Source: Octopus bimaculoides (Eukaryota). Taken from it: DNA of 58,556 nucleotides. The DNA lies in NCBI RefSeq assembly GCF_001194135.2, contig NC_069002.1, positions 16,856,232-16,914,787 of the forward strand. Reading direction: 5' to 3'. The translations under genes were made by a program, and so were the position numbers. This document shows, one piece after another, positions 25,020 to 37,461 of the stretch. The stretch's first letter is position 1. Each line of letters starts with the position of its first letter. Below the pieces are notes generated by a model. It searched no databases, was not told the origin of the DNA, and saw only the letters and a list, made by a program, of their open reading frames with translations.

Positions 25020-28000
25020 CATCAGCAGATAATAAAGTAAAGAGAAGGAAGTGAACCAGCGAAGAAAACAGAACATGATGCAGTGCTACTTAGAAAGTGA
25101 ACCTAAAAGAATAGGTTATTGATAACGGATGTTAATACTTCGGGTAGAGACAAGTATGTTTAAAGTGACTGGGTAGAGACTAGTAGACCAAGCGAGTGCT
25201 ATTAGGAGAAGAAAGTGGATGACAGAATTAGAGGTGGGAGCGATCACAAGAGAACTGGAAAAGAAAGACCAGGCAGTAAAAATGTCAAACAACAATATAA
25301 GAAATACAGTTCAAACCAAAGAAGAACCCAAAGGAAAAGACAATAATAGCACTACCGATCGGGAAGGGACAACTGGCACCAGCGAGATAAACGGCTTAAG
25401 TGAGGAAGATCAGAAGATTTTAGATGAGTTGCAGGAAGCAATGAATAAAGAAGAAAGAAAAAGATTACCTGCATTAAAAGGTACCAACAGAACGAAGCTG
25501 CTAGACATGACTAGGAAAGTAGATTTTGTTATCAGTAGGATAGATACTAAAAATATAGGTGGTACTAACTTCTTGATCTATGCAGGAGGTGTCGTAGCTA
25601 CTGGAAGATTGTGTATTTCTCAAGGAAAGATTAGGAAAGAGCAAATGTAGAAAAGGAGATTACAAAATAAAGTGAAGACTATAAGACAAGATCTGAGTAG
25701 AATAGAAGCCTGGAAACTGAAATCTTCTCTTGAGAAAAGATACTTAGTCAAAGAAAAAGGATTTGGGGCAATCATAGAAGAGTTGAAACAGCGTATCATA
25801 GCAGTAGCAGGTAAGCTTTCTGGATATAAGAAAATAATAGATCAGTATCAACAAAATAGATTATTTGAGATAGACCAGAGGAGATTTTATAAATTTAATA
25901 AATATTGAAGACGAAAGTACTGAAGATGAGAAACATAATGCAGAAGACGCTAGAAAGTTCTGGAGTAGTATTTGGGATAAGCCAGTCAATCATAATGGAG
26001 ATTATGATTTATGGTTAAAGACAGTGAGGGAAGCACTGAGCGAGAAGCAGCTAGATCTAAGACTAACTAGTGCATTAACGAGTTAAGTGGTAGGGCAAAT
26101 GTCAAATTGGAAGGGCCCAAGAACAGATTTAGTTCAAGGGTACCGGTTAAAGAAATTTGGTAGCTTACATGGGAGACTGAGGGAACAACTTCAAGATTGT
26201 CTTAATGGAGGAGTAATGCTAGATTGGATTACTAGAGGGAGAAAAGTACACCTCATGAAAGACAAAAGTAAGAGTAATACATCTAGTAATACATTTTGCT
26301 TACAATTAGTGTGGAAACTATTAACAGGAATGCTCTCAGAAAGCCTTTACGAGCACCTTGACAGCCAGAATTTACTGCCACAACAGAAAGATTGCAGGAA
26401 AAAGGCTAGAAAAGCTTAGGAAAGCTTATGACATGATTCCACACTCATGGATAAGTAAATATTTGGGTATATCTAGTATTGCAGATAATATAAAATTAAT
26501 TAGCTTTAGCATGAAGAAATGGAAAGTAGATGTCTACTCAGGTGACACAGACTTAGAGAAAGTTAACATCAAGAGAGGAATTTTCCATGAAGACTCGTTC
26601 TCCCCTTTAATGTTTTTCTTATGTTTAATCTCCCTTAGTTTAGTATTAAGTAAAGCAGAGGCAGGGTATCAGTTCAGAAATAGTAAAAGAAAAATTAGCC
26701 ATTTGCTCTGCATGGATGAGTTGAAGCTTTTTAGTGAGTAAAAAAAATAAGATAGATTCCTTAATGCAAACTGTAAGACTTTTCAACAAAGATAAGGCAT
26801 GGAATTTGGCATATATAAGTGTGCAATATTAGTCATGAAAAGGGGACAGGTAGCCAGCAATGAAGGTATCCAATTACCAGATGGCCAGACATTAAAATCA
26901 TTGAAAGAAGGAGAGAGTTATAAGTAGCTGGGAGTATTAGAATCTGACAGCGTACTAACTACAGAAATGAAAACGAAAATTGAGAAGGAGTATATCAGAA
27001 GGGTGGGGAAGCTAATGAAATAAAAGCTAAATGGTCCGAATCTAGTGAAGGCTGTAAATACTTAGGCAGTATCATTACTTAGATACTCAACAACTTTTGT
27101 AGATTGGACAAAATCTAAGCTAGCAAATCTAGACAGAAGAACTAGGAAGGGATTCAATATGAAGGAAGGACTTCACTCAAGAGCAGGAGTAGCAAAGGAA
27201 GGTGGAAAAGGGTTAATATCAGTAGAAGACTTCGATGAGTTAGCTAGAGTAGATATAACCTCCTATGTAGATAATAGTGAAGAAAGTTTATTTAGAACAA
27301 CTAGAGTTACAGTAGGAGATAAGGAAACCAAAAGGTCAAATGAAAAAAAAAAAGATTATCTGACTGGCAGGAGAAGGTTTTGCGTGGCAGATTCTCAAAG
27401 ATATTTGCAAGAAATAGTAATGGTGAGACATGGTTATGTTTGCAGAAAAGAAGGCTGAAATGGGAGATAGAAAGTTTGTTAGTAGCAGCACATGATCAAG
27501 TATTGAGGACTAATTGGATAAAACCCAAGAAAGACAAAAGCCAGGAAGATACCTGGTGTGGACTAAGTAAATCAAAGGAGGAATGTATTACTCATAGTAA
27601 ATGAATGTAGCATGCTGACACAGACAGAATAGGAGAAAAGACGTGACAGCCTAAGATTAATCCACTGTGAGTTATGTAGAAAGTAAGGATTTGACCATAA
27701 TGGTAAATGGTATGAACATGAACTTAGTAAAGTACTAGAAAGTAAGAAATATAAGATGTTGTGGGACTTTAACATTCTCCTGAACAGTGTAATAGAAGCT
27801 AGAAGGCCTGATTTAGTAGTTGTAGACAAAGTGTGGTAGAAAGTGCTAGATAATTGACTTTACAGTCCCAAATGATGAAAACATTAAAATGAGAGGTATA
27901 GAGTAAATAGTAAAGTACCAGGACCGAGCGATGGAGTTACAGAGACAATGGAAAGTACGGGTAAAATGTATCTTTATGGTTATATGTGCCTTAAGAACTA

Positions 28001-28200
28001 TCCCTAAAGATTTGAACAGACGGATAGAGGAAATCGGCATAAAATTTAGTTTAGTACAGTTCCAGAAAATAATGTCGTTAGGGACAGCTGGGATACTTAG
28101 AACTGTTCTTGGAATCTAAGGTTACTTGTTGTAACCCAATAGGAATATTCCTTTTCCAACAGCTTAATCTTTTGTGCGTATATGAAATAATAATAACGAT
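25020..28200 (+). mobile_element. R4/Dong LINE, nearly complete ORF, degenerate
   Basis: N-terminal RLVDQASAIRRRKWMTELE, RT KAYDMIPHSW / KRGIFHEDS / HLLCMDELK, endonuclease RRPDLVVVDK, end LGTAGILRTVLGI*, 3' UTR then ataataataac; same family as 11170-13205. Confidence 0.9.
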
Positions 28201-28209
28201 TTGTGTGCT

Positions 28210-29160
28210 CTCCCCCATCCTCCTTTTACGCTTCTCCGCTGTCTTCCATATTGGATTCCGATTCAGGTGATTGCGAGAGAAAGGAAGGAAATATGTATAT
28301 TCACATGTGGGTATGCATTTACATGTGGGTAAATATTCACATATGAGTATATATTCACATATGCTTGAATTTGTATTTTGTTAGGGAGGATGAAAACATG
28401 GGAAGCAAGGAAGCTTGGAGCAAAATATTGTTGTAATAAGAGTAGAGTTGCAGTTGTTATTAATCCTGTTGTTGGTACTGCGGCTATTGTAGCCGTTGTT
28501 TCTATTGCTATTGCTGCTGTTTTTAAAATTGATATTTTTATTGCAGTTGGTATTGTTGTCACACTCGCTCCTGTTTCTGTTGCAAGAGTGTTTGTTGTTG
28601 TGTCAGAACCAGTGGAGGTTTTTCTATTTCTCTTTAACCTTCTGTCCTTCAATTTGATTCGCTTGTCTGCTTCTTTCGGTAACTGCTTTTGTTCCAGGAT
28701 CTTTTCCAAGTGTTCTTCATCTGCAATAGGATCTCCAGTCTTCTTTCGGACCAGTTTTTTTGCCTAATATTTCCCGGGCAAAGGAGTTTCACAACCCTCC
28801 ACGACAACGATTGTCACAACCCATCAATGCTGATAGCACACCGAACATCTTAACCAGTCTAATATTAGTGGGAACGAAGACAAATTCCTCAGTCCTACAG
28901 GGCACAATAGAATGCTTTAATGCGAAGACATCATTCAGGAATTGCACTTCGATGGCACTCAGCTACCAGTCCCTAGTGACGAAATCAATGTTTGCCTGAT
29001 TCCATCACAAAGTTTTCCACGGGGTGATATGTAACCGTTTCCACGCCTCATTTTTGCGCTGATACTTTACGGTAAATTATTATTCAATGCCAGTCTGTGT
29101 ACGATACAGTTCCCTTCCCATTCATATGAACAAAAGATATTAGGTCGTCACCAGACTCCA
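28210..29160 (-). mobile_element. L1/Tx1-like ORF1 remnant
   Basis: SAIEVQFLNDVFALKHSIVPCRTEEFVFVPT aligns with VSIELLFKSENLPRRHAVLPRWTEEWVLYST in ORF1 of the 38214-42427 element. Confidence 0.6.
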
Positions 29161-29337
29161 CTCACTCTTGATAATAATAAAAAAAACCTTTAAACCCGAA
29201 ATATTGACATACAAGATAAACTACGGGGCAGTATTCCCTTATTTCCCATTTACATGACTCGCTATTAAAACAATTTAACAACTCCTATCACACAACACCT
29301 CATTCGAGCTACACAACTCATGTATGTGTTTAAATGG

Positions 29338-29374
<37 letters not shown>

Positions 29375-29554
29375 NNNNNNNNNNNNNNNNNNNNNNNNNN
29401 NNNNNNNNNNNNNNNNNNNNNNNNNNNNNNNNNNNNNNNNNNNNNNNNNNNNNNNNNNNNNNNNNNNNNNNNNNNNNNNNNNNNNNNNNNNNNNNNNNNN
29501 NNNNNNNNNNNNNNNNNNNNNNNNNNNNNNNNNNNNNNNNNNNNNNNNNNNNNN

Positions 29555-29590
<36 letters not shown>

Positions 29591-29630
29591 CGCACACATT
29601 ATATACATATTTGTATAAGCTGTGAGCGCA

Positions 29631-29780
29631 GTGTTCGTGTGATTACCAAAAATATCTACAGGCAAAAATCGCTCTGACCAACCGCAGTTGAAACGTCGAC
29701 ACAAGATTTCCCTATGAAATCAACCTTTACGAAAACAGAATGGGAGGTGGGCGTTGGATGAATTACATGTTAACTTACAC
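29631..29780 (+). pseudogene. Possible Polinton/Maverick minor capsid (penton) N-terminal remnant
   Basis: With three 1-nt frameshifts reads FV*LPKISTGKNRSD/NRS*NVDTRFPYEINLYEN/EWEVG/LDELH; resembles the remembered FYVTLPSNSS..PxN....T.LPxPIxL..EWEVGLxE motif. Confidence 0.3.
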
Positions 29781-30030
29781 TATTGATGTTGTTGTTACTT
29801 TTGTTGTTGCTCTTATTGTTCTTGGTGTTGCTTCTGGTAGTTGCTATAATTATCATCGCTGATATTGTCGCCTGTTATTTTGCTTGTTTATTTATCTATT
29901 TTTTAAGTATCAATGATCACCTGAGATACGTTTATGTTGTCATTATTTTAACTGATGCTTCAATAACAAAGCCTGCAGTCTTCTTGTATTTCGAAACAGT
30001 CTTCAAAGTGCATAGAAGACTACGATAAAG

Positions 30031-31140
30031 TAGGCTGTCAAAACGTCCCGATTTTCACGAATTCGTCCAGTTTTCAAACAATAAGCCCAGTGCTAGGAAT
30101 GTATACTTCGGGTCAGGGATTTCAAAAATAAGTTTCGTAAATATGTCCCCACCCCCTTTTTTCTGTTTTTGAAAATTATGCTTTCTACAAATATTTTTAG
30201 CTTTTAGAAAGTACAATCTCGATTTTCAATTTGTTTATTCAAATTTTGTTGAAAAGAAAAAAAAAAGACATACTGCTCACGTATTTTGAAAACTCAGTTT
30301 CAGTATGTCCGGAGCAGAGTGGGACTTGAAATCGATGCGGTTGGATTCAAATTTTCTGGCGAACAATTCCATTTTCAGGTGAATCACACCTTGATACCAT
30401 TTACCAACCGGTTATACACCGGTAATTTAACGAAATTTTCGATTGCTAAAATGTCAGTGTCTATTCGTTTGTTGTTGGAGATAAATTCAATGATGCCAAA
30501 TTGATATTAAATAAGCTGCAATGAAAATTTACCCTTTTTTTTTTTTCATGAATCAGCTGTAATATTGAATACAAAAAATTATATTAAGTCACTTTAAAAC
30601 CCGTTGGCTTTCGTTTTCTAGATTGATAGTGTTTTTTTAGACACGTACAAAAGCTCGAAATCTTTAGAAAAGCTAAAATTCTTCAATGGTCCTTATCATG
30701 AGCTGTCTTATTTTCTAAAATGATTTTCTTCAGTTCGTAAATAGGCATATTTTAAAGATAGAAAAATCAGATCAAACAATTCTTGAAGCGAAAGAAATAG
30801 TTTTTGAAAGTGTTGAAATAAACTGCAGTTTAGAATGAATGAAGTTTTTCTCTCAAGTCAAGTTGAAGAAATTATGAAAGGCGTTCTGCTGAAGATGACG
30901 AGAATTTAAAAAATTTAAAAATAGATTTTATTGGTCAAAAGAAATTACACAAATTTGAATTTTTTGCATTGAGCGATTTCCAGAGACAGTTGAAAAATCA
31001 GCCACAGCTTTCTCCAAATTAGGCATCAAATTTGATGATAATTAGTATAATGAATAAGTTATTTGGGTGTGATGAATGTATTCTATCAAACTGAAAATAA
31101 TATGAACTGGGAAAATAAAAAAGGACAACTATCAAGAGAA
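30031..31140 (+). mobile_element. hAT DNA transposon remnant (Blackjack/Tip100-like): terminus plus transposase fragments
   Basis: Terminus taggctgtcaaaacgtcccgatttt (cf. TAGGGTGACCAGACGTCCCGATTTT); EYKKL/SHFKTRWLS at about 30565-30613 is the hAT RW motif. Confidence 0.65.
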
Positions 31141-31223
31141 ATGTGATTTGTTTTCAGTTAAACAGAATTTTTAGAATATAAAAGAAAGTGAAATCTTAAA
31201 ATTCTTTGCTTATATATAGATAG

Positions 31224-31272
<49 letters not shown>

Positions 31273-31591
31273 NNNNNNNNNNNNNNNNNNNNNNNNNNNN
31301 NNNNNNNNNNNNNNNNNNNNNNNNNNNNNNNNNNNNNNNNNNNNNNNNNNNNNNNNNNNNNNNNNNNNNNNNNNNNNNNNNNNNNNNNNNNNNNNNNNNN
31401 NNNNNNNNNNNNNNNNNNNNNNNNNNNNNNNNNNNNNNNNNNNNNNNNNNNNNNNNNNNNNNNNNNNNNNNNNNNNNNNNNNNNNNNNNNNNNNNNNNNN
31501 NNNNNNNNNNNNNNNNNNNNNNNNNNNNNNNNNNNNNNNNNNNGTCCCAGTTGCATGCTGAAAAAAATCTACATTCGAAGAAGCCCCTTTG

Positions 31592-31995
31592 TGGTCGTTC
31601 GACTACTAGAAACGGTAGCCAAACTTCCCTCAAATTATATCCTACCATCTTAAATTGTTTCTAATATTAACACATGGTCCGAGATTTGGAAGAGCGAGTT
31701 AGATTATAAAACTGATTCCACTACTTGACTGATTACGCTAAAAATAGCGTACGGGATTTGAACTCTGCACGTAAAGAGTCGGATCGAATACCACAAGACA
31801 ATTTTTCTAAGGATCACACACCATTGTCAGTCCACTTCCTCTCTTGAGTAAAGGAAGATACCAGGTAATGTAATCTCAGTTGCTTCTTGAAGGAAGAGAT
31901 GGTCACGGATACCTCAAATAATGCTTAACCCTAAAATTTCAGGATGGTCACGGTAAGGATACCTTTGATAATAGTCCAGCTCGATCAAAGCCGAG
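31592..31995. mobile_element. Family C repeat (+) interrupted by a degenerate SINE B (-)
   Basis: C motif at 31592-31653 and C continuation at 31810-31995 flank gggatttgaactctgcacgtaaag. Confidence 0.5.
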
Positions 31996-32182
31996 TTTTA
32001 TATTCCGTAGCTATCAATATGCGTTGCGGAAGCCGGGTATTTGTTTCCAGGTTACGGAACATTTTAACTTCAGAAAGAAAATTCGCAAACATTGAGCATC
32101 GTCAGACTATAAAACTTCAGTGATTGATTGATTGATTGATAGACAGACAGACATAGATTGGTTGATTGTTTAATCGATCGAT

Positions 32183-32214
<32 letters not shown>

Positions 32215-33208
32215 AGCCGAATAAACAGTGATTTCTTGTGAAGAAACGATTTTGATGTTTTATAAAAGAAGTACAGTTGACTGAATCAATCTCAAGATAT
32301 TACTGGCATTTATAAGTAATGGTAGAGAAAGAGACTCGAACTATTGGAAGATCTGATCCGATTATGGAGTTTCTGTTAATATAGGGTTAGCTATACCGGA
32401 GGAGAGGAGCTTCTTTTTTTTTTATTATTAGGAAAGAATTTTTAACGCATAAGACCCTATAGAAGAAGTATTTTCTGTGGAGAAAAATAATAAATCTTTA
32501 ATTTTACAAATTCATTATTGATCATGTGATCACAGTAAATAACAAACTTTCTAATACATTCCTTAACCAGATAACTGAAATACTTTAAAATATTGAAACA
32601 CAAACGTTATGTCACTATTTAATCATCCCTCTTTCTAAAACTGCTGGACTTGTGCCAAAATGAAGAATCACACATTGAAATTTACGTCACTGATTTCTGC
32701 TGGTTATGTAGCAGTTTTGCTTCAACCTTAAATACAACTAATAATCACTTGCGAGTTAAACATAAAAGCAATAATGCTGGTCGTCAATAAAACAATTGAC
32801 GTCTCTGAATTTTCAGAAGCATAGCTGAACAACCTTCTCATAATGATGCTAAGAAGTTTTAATAAATTTAAGAATTCAACTCTACGTATGCATCGTCGTG
32901 GCATTCCAGTAAATAGTTTTTATATTATTTGTATGTAGTTACAGACTGGCTATTCAGTTCGATTCCAGTTCGATTCAGGTACGTGATGCTGATAAGCCAC
33001 AAAAATGGCGAAAAAAATCTATGAATGAGATCTAGGGCGAGTTGTCTCATCAGTCTATGACTGTCAGGTGTTTTAATACTTGGTTCTTTGAGGGAGTCGT
33101 CCTTCAGGCGCTTTACCGCAGCGAACTGGTGAACAAGCCCGACACATACATTGAATATGTGTGGACGATAATGTTTACAGCACTAGCGCAGCTTTTAATT
33201 CGTTACTG

Positions 33209-33278
<70 letters not shown>

Positions 33279-33280
<2 letters not shown>

Positions 33281-33995
33281 TCCCAGAGTATGATTGCTTT
33301 CTCGTTTTCTGTGAAAAGGTCACAGAAAACGAGAAAGTGATGGAGAAGAAACAATAAATAATATTGTCTCTGACTGCCCATCATGGCTAAGAAGGAGTAT
33401 ATTCACAGACATGACAGATTTGGGACCTATATACACTGGATGATATGCCAACACTATGGAATAACAACAGAAAAAAGATGGTATAGGCACACGCCAGAAA
33501 AGGTCACAGAAAATGATAAAGCCACCATACTCTGGGATATGCCAATACACACAAATAGAGAAATTAAGGCCAATAGGCCAGATATAGTTGTCGGAGATCA
33601 TGAAAGAAAAAAAATGCTTTCTAATTGATGTATCAATACCAGAAGATGACAACGTTTCCCTAAAAGAAATGGAGAAACTTTCAAAATACAAAGACCTGGA
33701 AACAAAGGAAACTCGAATATGGAATCTAAAACCAGAAACAATTCCTATCATAGTAGGCGCCTTAGGTATAATAAAAAAATATTTAGACAAATACATAGCA
33801 AAAACACCAGGACTTACAAATATATATAACATACAGAAAATTGCACTACTGGGCACTGCACACGTCCTACGCAAAACACTTTCAATACAGTAACCATAAA
33901 AGCATCATAGCAAACCACAGCACATACCCAAGGCACACAGAGCTGCGCTCGGTAGTGAAGTGAAAACACGCTATAAAAATAAAACTACTGAATAA
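33279..33995 (+). mobile_element. R4/Dong LINE 3' end (CCHC plus restriction-like endonuclease, 3' UTR) within (TAA)n
   Basis: EYIHRHD..IHWMIC, ANRPDIVV, FLIDVSIP..EKLSKYKDL, QKIALLGTAHVLRKTLSIQ*; (TAA)n 33208-33280 upstream and aataataat at about 33990. Confidence 0.92.
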
Positions 33996-35397
33996 TAATA
34001 ATCATAATTGTTTCAAATTTTAGCCCAAGGCTACCAGTTGTAGGAAAAAGTTGTTAGTCAATTACATCGGTCCCAGTGGGTGACTGATGCTTTATTTTAT
34101 CGACACCGAAAGCGTGAAAAGTGACATTGATCTCGGCTGAATTTGAACTCATAACGTTGAGTTGGAAGAATTGAGAATATGAATGACAACATCATTCAAC
34201 AAATACCAGCCCAGTTCAGATTATACAAGTCAGTCCACACTGTAGTTTTCAACTATTCAACAGCGTTTCTCAGTCTTCAGCATATTAGTGTTTACTTCTA
34301 ACAATACGCAACAGAATGTAGGAGAACTCATTAGGTTGCTATAATCGAGAGAGGAACCCATTCCATTAGTCTGTTACAAAATTGGATTGCCTCAAAACGC
34401 GCTAAAGATACAAAATTCTCTATTAAAACTCAAGGCCCATGTGATAAAGGCCATCATTATAATAGGTTGTGTGATGCTTCTCCAAAGCGTCAAACCGCAG
34501 CCTAAAGAATCTTTAAATATAAAAACAGCATTTTCTTAAATCACAAAATTAAAATTATCAATAAACAGCATATTAAAACTTTACACTACATAGAAATATG
34601 GGAAAATTTAGCTTTAGATATACATCTGTATTACAATTAAAAACAACAAATACGCAAATATATTATATTTGCAAACAAGAAAATTGCAACAAAGCTGCGG
34701 GATGGTGGTGTCCGACGCGGCATACAGACCATTATATAACTTGACATTGCGTTTTTATTCTTCTCTTCCGTTTTACGAATTCAGTGTGCACATGCGCATT
34801 GCGAGATTATTCTTCCTTTTCCGGTTCCTACTCAAAACTGTTTACAGATCGGAACCACCCCACGAGCTGCGTTCGTGAGGAGCGCTTCACGCTCCGATGG
34901 TTGTGAAACAAAAAGCACGACATATAAATTTATTATATAATCAGTCATTTCAGTTCAGCAAACCGCTGTTTCATCATGTCCAGTACGCCGGGCAACGCTT
35001 CGTATATTTGATACTATTTAAATGAAGAAAATGCATATTCTGCGCTTTTTAATGTTTGTACTGTCTCTATGTACTTTGAGTTCAAATACCAGCGTGAGCA
35101 ACAGACTTTCGTTGTTTTGTGATCGATAAAAATTATTGATTTAGGGCGTTGGATTGGCGATGCTGTCCGTGTTGGAGAATTGGACGTCTTATGGTATCTT
35201 TTCTGACTATTTGAGTTCTGACAACAACAATTATGACGACACTGGTGTCGGTTTATCTTCCTCTTAGATTTCATCAGTGGCGCTGAGTGGATGTATATTC
35301 ATTCATAAAGGCCTGTCTTCCAGAAAAAAATTTCTACAAGAATTTTAAAGTGTAGACATCCGGATTAACTATGGCCGAAGGAGATACCCTTATGTGC

Positions 35398-35445
<48 letters not shown>

Positions 35446-35545
35446 GTGTGTGTGTGTGCGTTCGTGTGTGTGTTTGTGTGTGTGTGTGTATGTGTGTATG
35501 TGTGTGTGTGTGTCTGCGTGTGTGTGAATGTGTGTGTGTGCGCGT

Positions 35546-35596
35546 GTATTCTGATGAAGGACTAACATCAGAAACGTTAAGGCGTTTTCTCATTGC
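35546..35596 (+). ncRNA. Degenerate minimal hammerhead-ribozyme-like motif (Penelope type)
   Basis: CTGATGA-A-GGA-ctaaca-TCA-GAAACG-ttaagg-CGT-T: both core boxes present, stem II one mismatch from GGA/TCC, stem III ACG/CGT; no stem I. Confidence 0.4.
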
Positions 35597-35968
35597 ATTA
35601 AAGCGTTACAAATATACATTATTTATCAAATTTCCTGTCTCCTGTTTTATTGTTATTGTTCATTTTATTTACATCACACACACACACAGACACGCTCACG
35701 CACACACACGCGCATGCACACGCACACACACACGCAAACACATACACACAAATGCACATGCATATACATACATATATATGTCCATATATATATATATATA
35801 TACAAATATATACATACATAAATACATATATCCATCTATCTTTGTAACTTTCTCTCTCGCTTTCTTACTCTCCCCCTCTCTCTCTCTCTATCTATCTATC
35901 TATCTCTCTTTATATATATATACATATATATATAAATACATTTGTATGAGAATATATACATATATTTA

Positions 35969-36000
<32 letters not shown>

Positions 36001-36557
36001 CATATGTATATCATACATATACACAAACACAGATATATACACATAGATATATACATGTATGCGTATATATATATATATATGTATGTATATATGGTTTGGT
36101 TGCCTTATCTCAGAGAAGCAGTATTGAGGGGGAATCAGTAAAAAGGGATTGGCTTTTCTCTATTGTTTCACAATCACAGCTGTGGCCTAAAAAAATAAAC
36201 AAAGCATCTTTTCTCGCACATGAAACACTTCCAGCGACAGTTTTTTTGGTGGTTTTTTTTTCTTTTTTGTATTTGTATTTGAGTTTATTTTTTAACCGGA
36301 ACAAAGAATTTATTTTTTTTAATTCGAAACCCTATCTCTCTTCCTCTCCACTCCTGTCTTTAATTCTCCCTCCCTCTCTTTGATGTGTTTACACATACAC
36401 ATACACACACACACTAACACACACTAACACACACACACACACTCACACACACACACACACACACACTCACACACACACACACAAACACTCACACACACAC
36501 ATACATATGTGTTTGTATACATACATAGATATATATATGTATACACACACGCACGCA

Positions 36558-36628
<71 letters not shown>

Positions 36629-36855
36629 TTATTTATTTAGTCTGCAATAACCCCAGAGTGACTCAAGCCCCGAAGTTTCACGCATTGGCGCTTCCAAATT
36701 TATACATACATACATACATACATAAAAACATACATACATACACACATGCATACATACATACATACATGCATGCATGCATGCATACATACATACACACATA
36801 CATACACACATACATACATACATACATACATACATACATACAAATATATAACAGT

Positions 36856-37198
36856 GTAGCTTGCTCACCAACCACTTGTTTTCGGGTTCAGTCCCACTGC
36901 GTGGCACCTTGGGCAGGTGTCTTCTACTATAGCCTCGGGCCGACCAAAGCCTTGTGGGTGGATTTGGTAGACGGAAACTGAAAGAAGCCAGTCGTATATA
37001 TGTATTTATATGTGTGTGTGTTTGTGCGTCTGTGTTTGTCCTCCTATCATTGCTTGACAACCGATGCTGGTGTATTTATATCCCCGTCACTTAGCGGTTC
37101 GGCATAAAAGACCAATAGAATAAGTACTAGGCTTACAAAGAATAAGTCCCGGGGTCGATTTGCTCGACTAAACGCGGTGCTCCAGCATGGCCGCAGTC
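36856..37198 (+). mobile_element. SINE family A, near full length
   Basis: Head, central domain, internal microsatellite and 3' half all present. Confidence 0.9.
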
Positions 37199-37249
37199 AT
37201 TATTATCATTATTATTATTATTATTATTATCATCATTATTATTATTATT

Positions 37250-37461
37250 AAGGTGGTGAGCTGGCAGAATCGTTAGCAGGCCGGACAAAATGCTTTGCGG
37301 CATTTCTTCCGTCTTTACGTTCTGAGTTCAAATTCCGCTGAGGTCCACTTTGCTTTTCATCCTTTCGAGGTTGATATGATAAGTACCAGTTGAGCACCGG
37401 GGTCGATACAATCGACTTAACCCCGTCCCCAAAACTGCTAGCCTTGTGCCGAAATTTGAAA
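37250..37461 (+). mobile_element. SINE family B, full length, preceded by (TTA)n
   Basis: aaggtggtgagctggcagaatcgttagc...ttctgagttcaaattccgc...ttcatcctttcgaggttgat..aagtaccag...ggggtcgat...ccttgtgccgaaatttgaaa; central part resembles the Deu/Nin-type SINE domain (from memory). Confidence 0.9.

Noticed and set aside
33040-33060. Minus-strand CTGATGAG motif (similar ones near 7506, 20036, 35274, 46921)
   Set aside because: No downstream GAAA at a stem II position
33040-33210. Open frames FNTWFFEGVVLQALYRSELVNKPDTY (+) and HQFAAVKRLKDDSLKEPS (-)
   Set aside because: No start or splice support and no recognised homology
34845-34935. HDV/CPEB3-like ribozyme (gcg-cttca-cgc, P1 atcgga/tccgat, then GG)
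   Set aside because: L3 is only 5 nt and no 3' P2 partner is present
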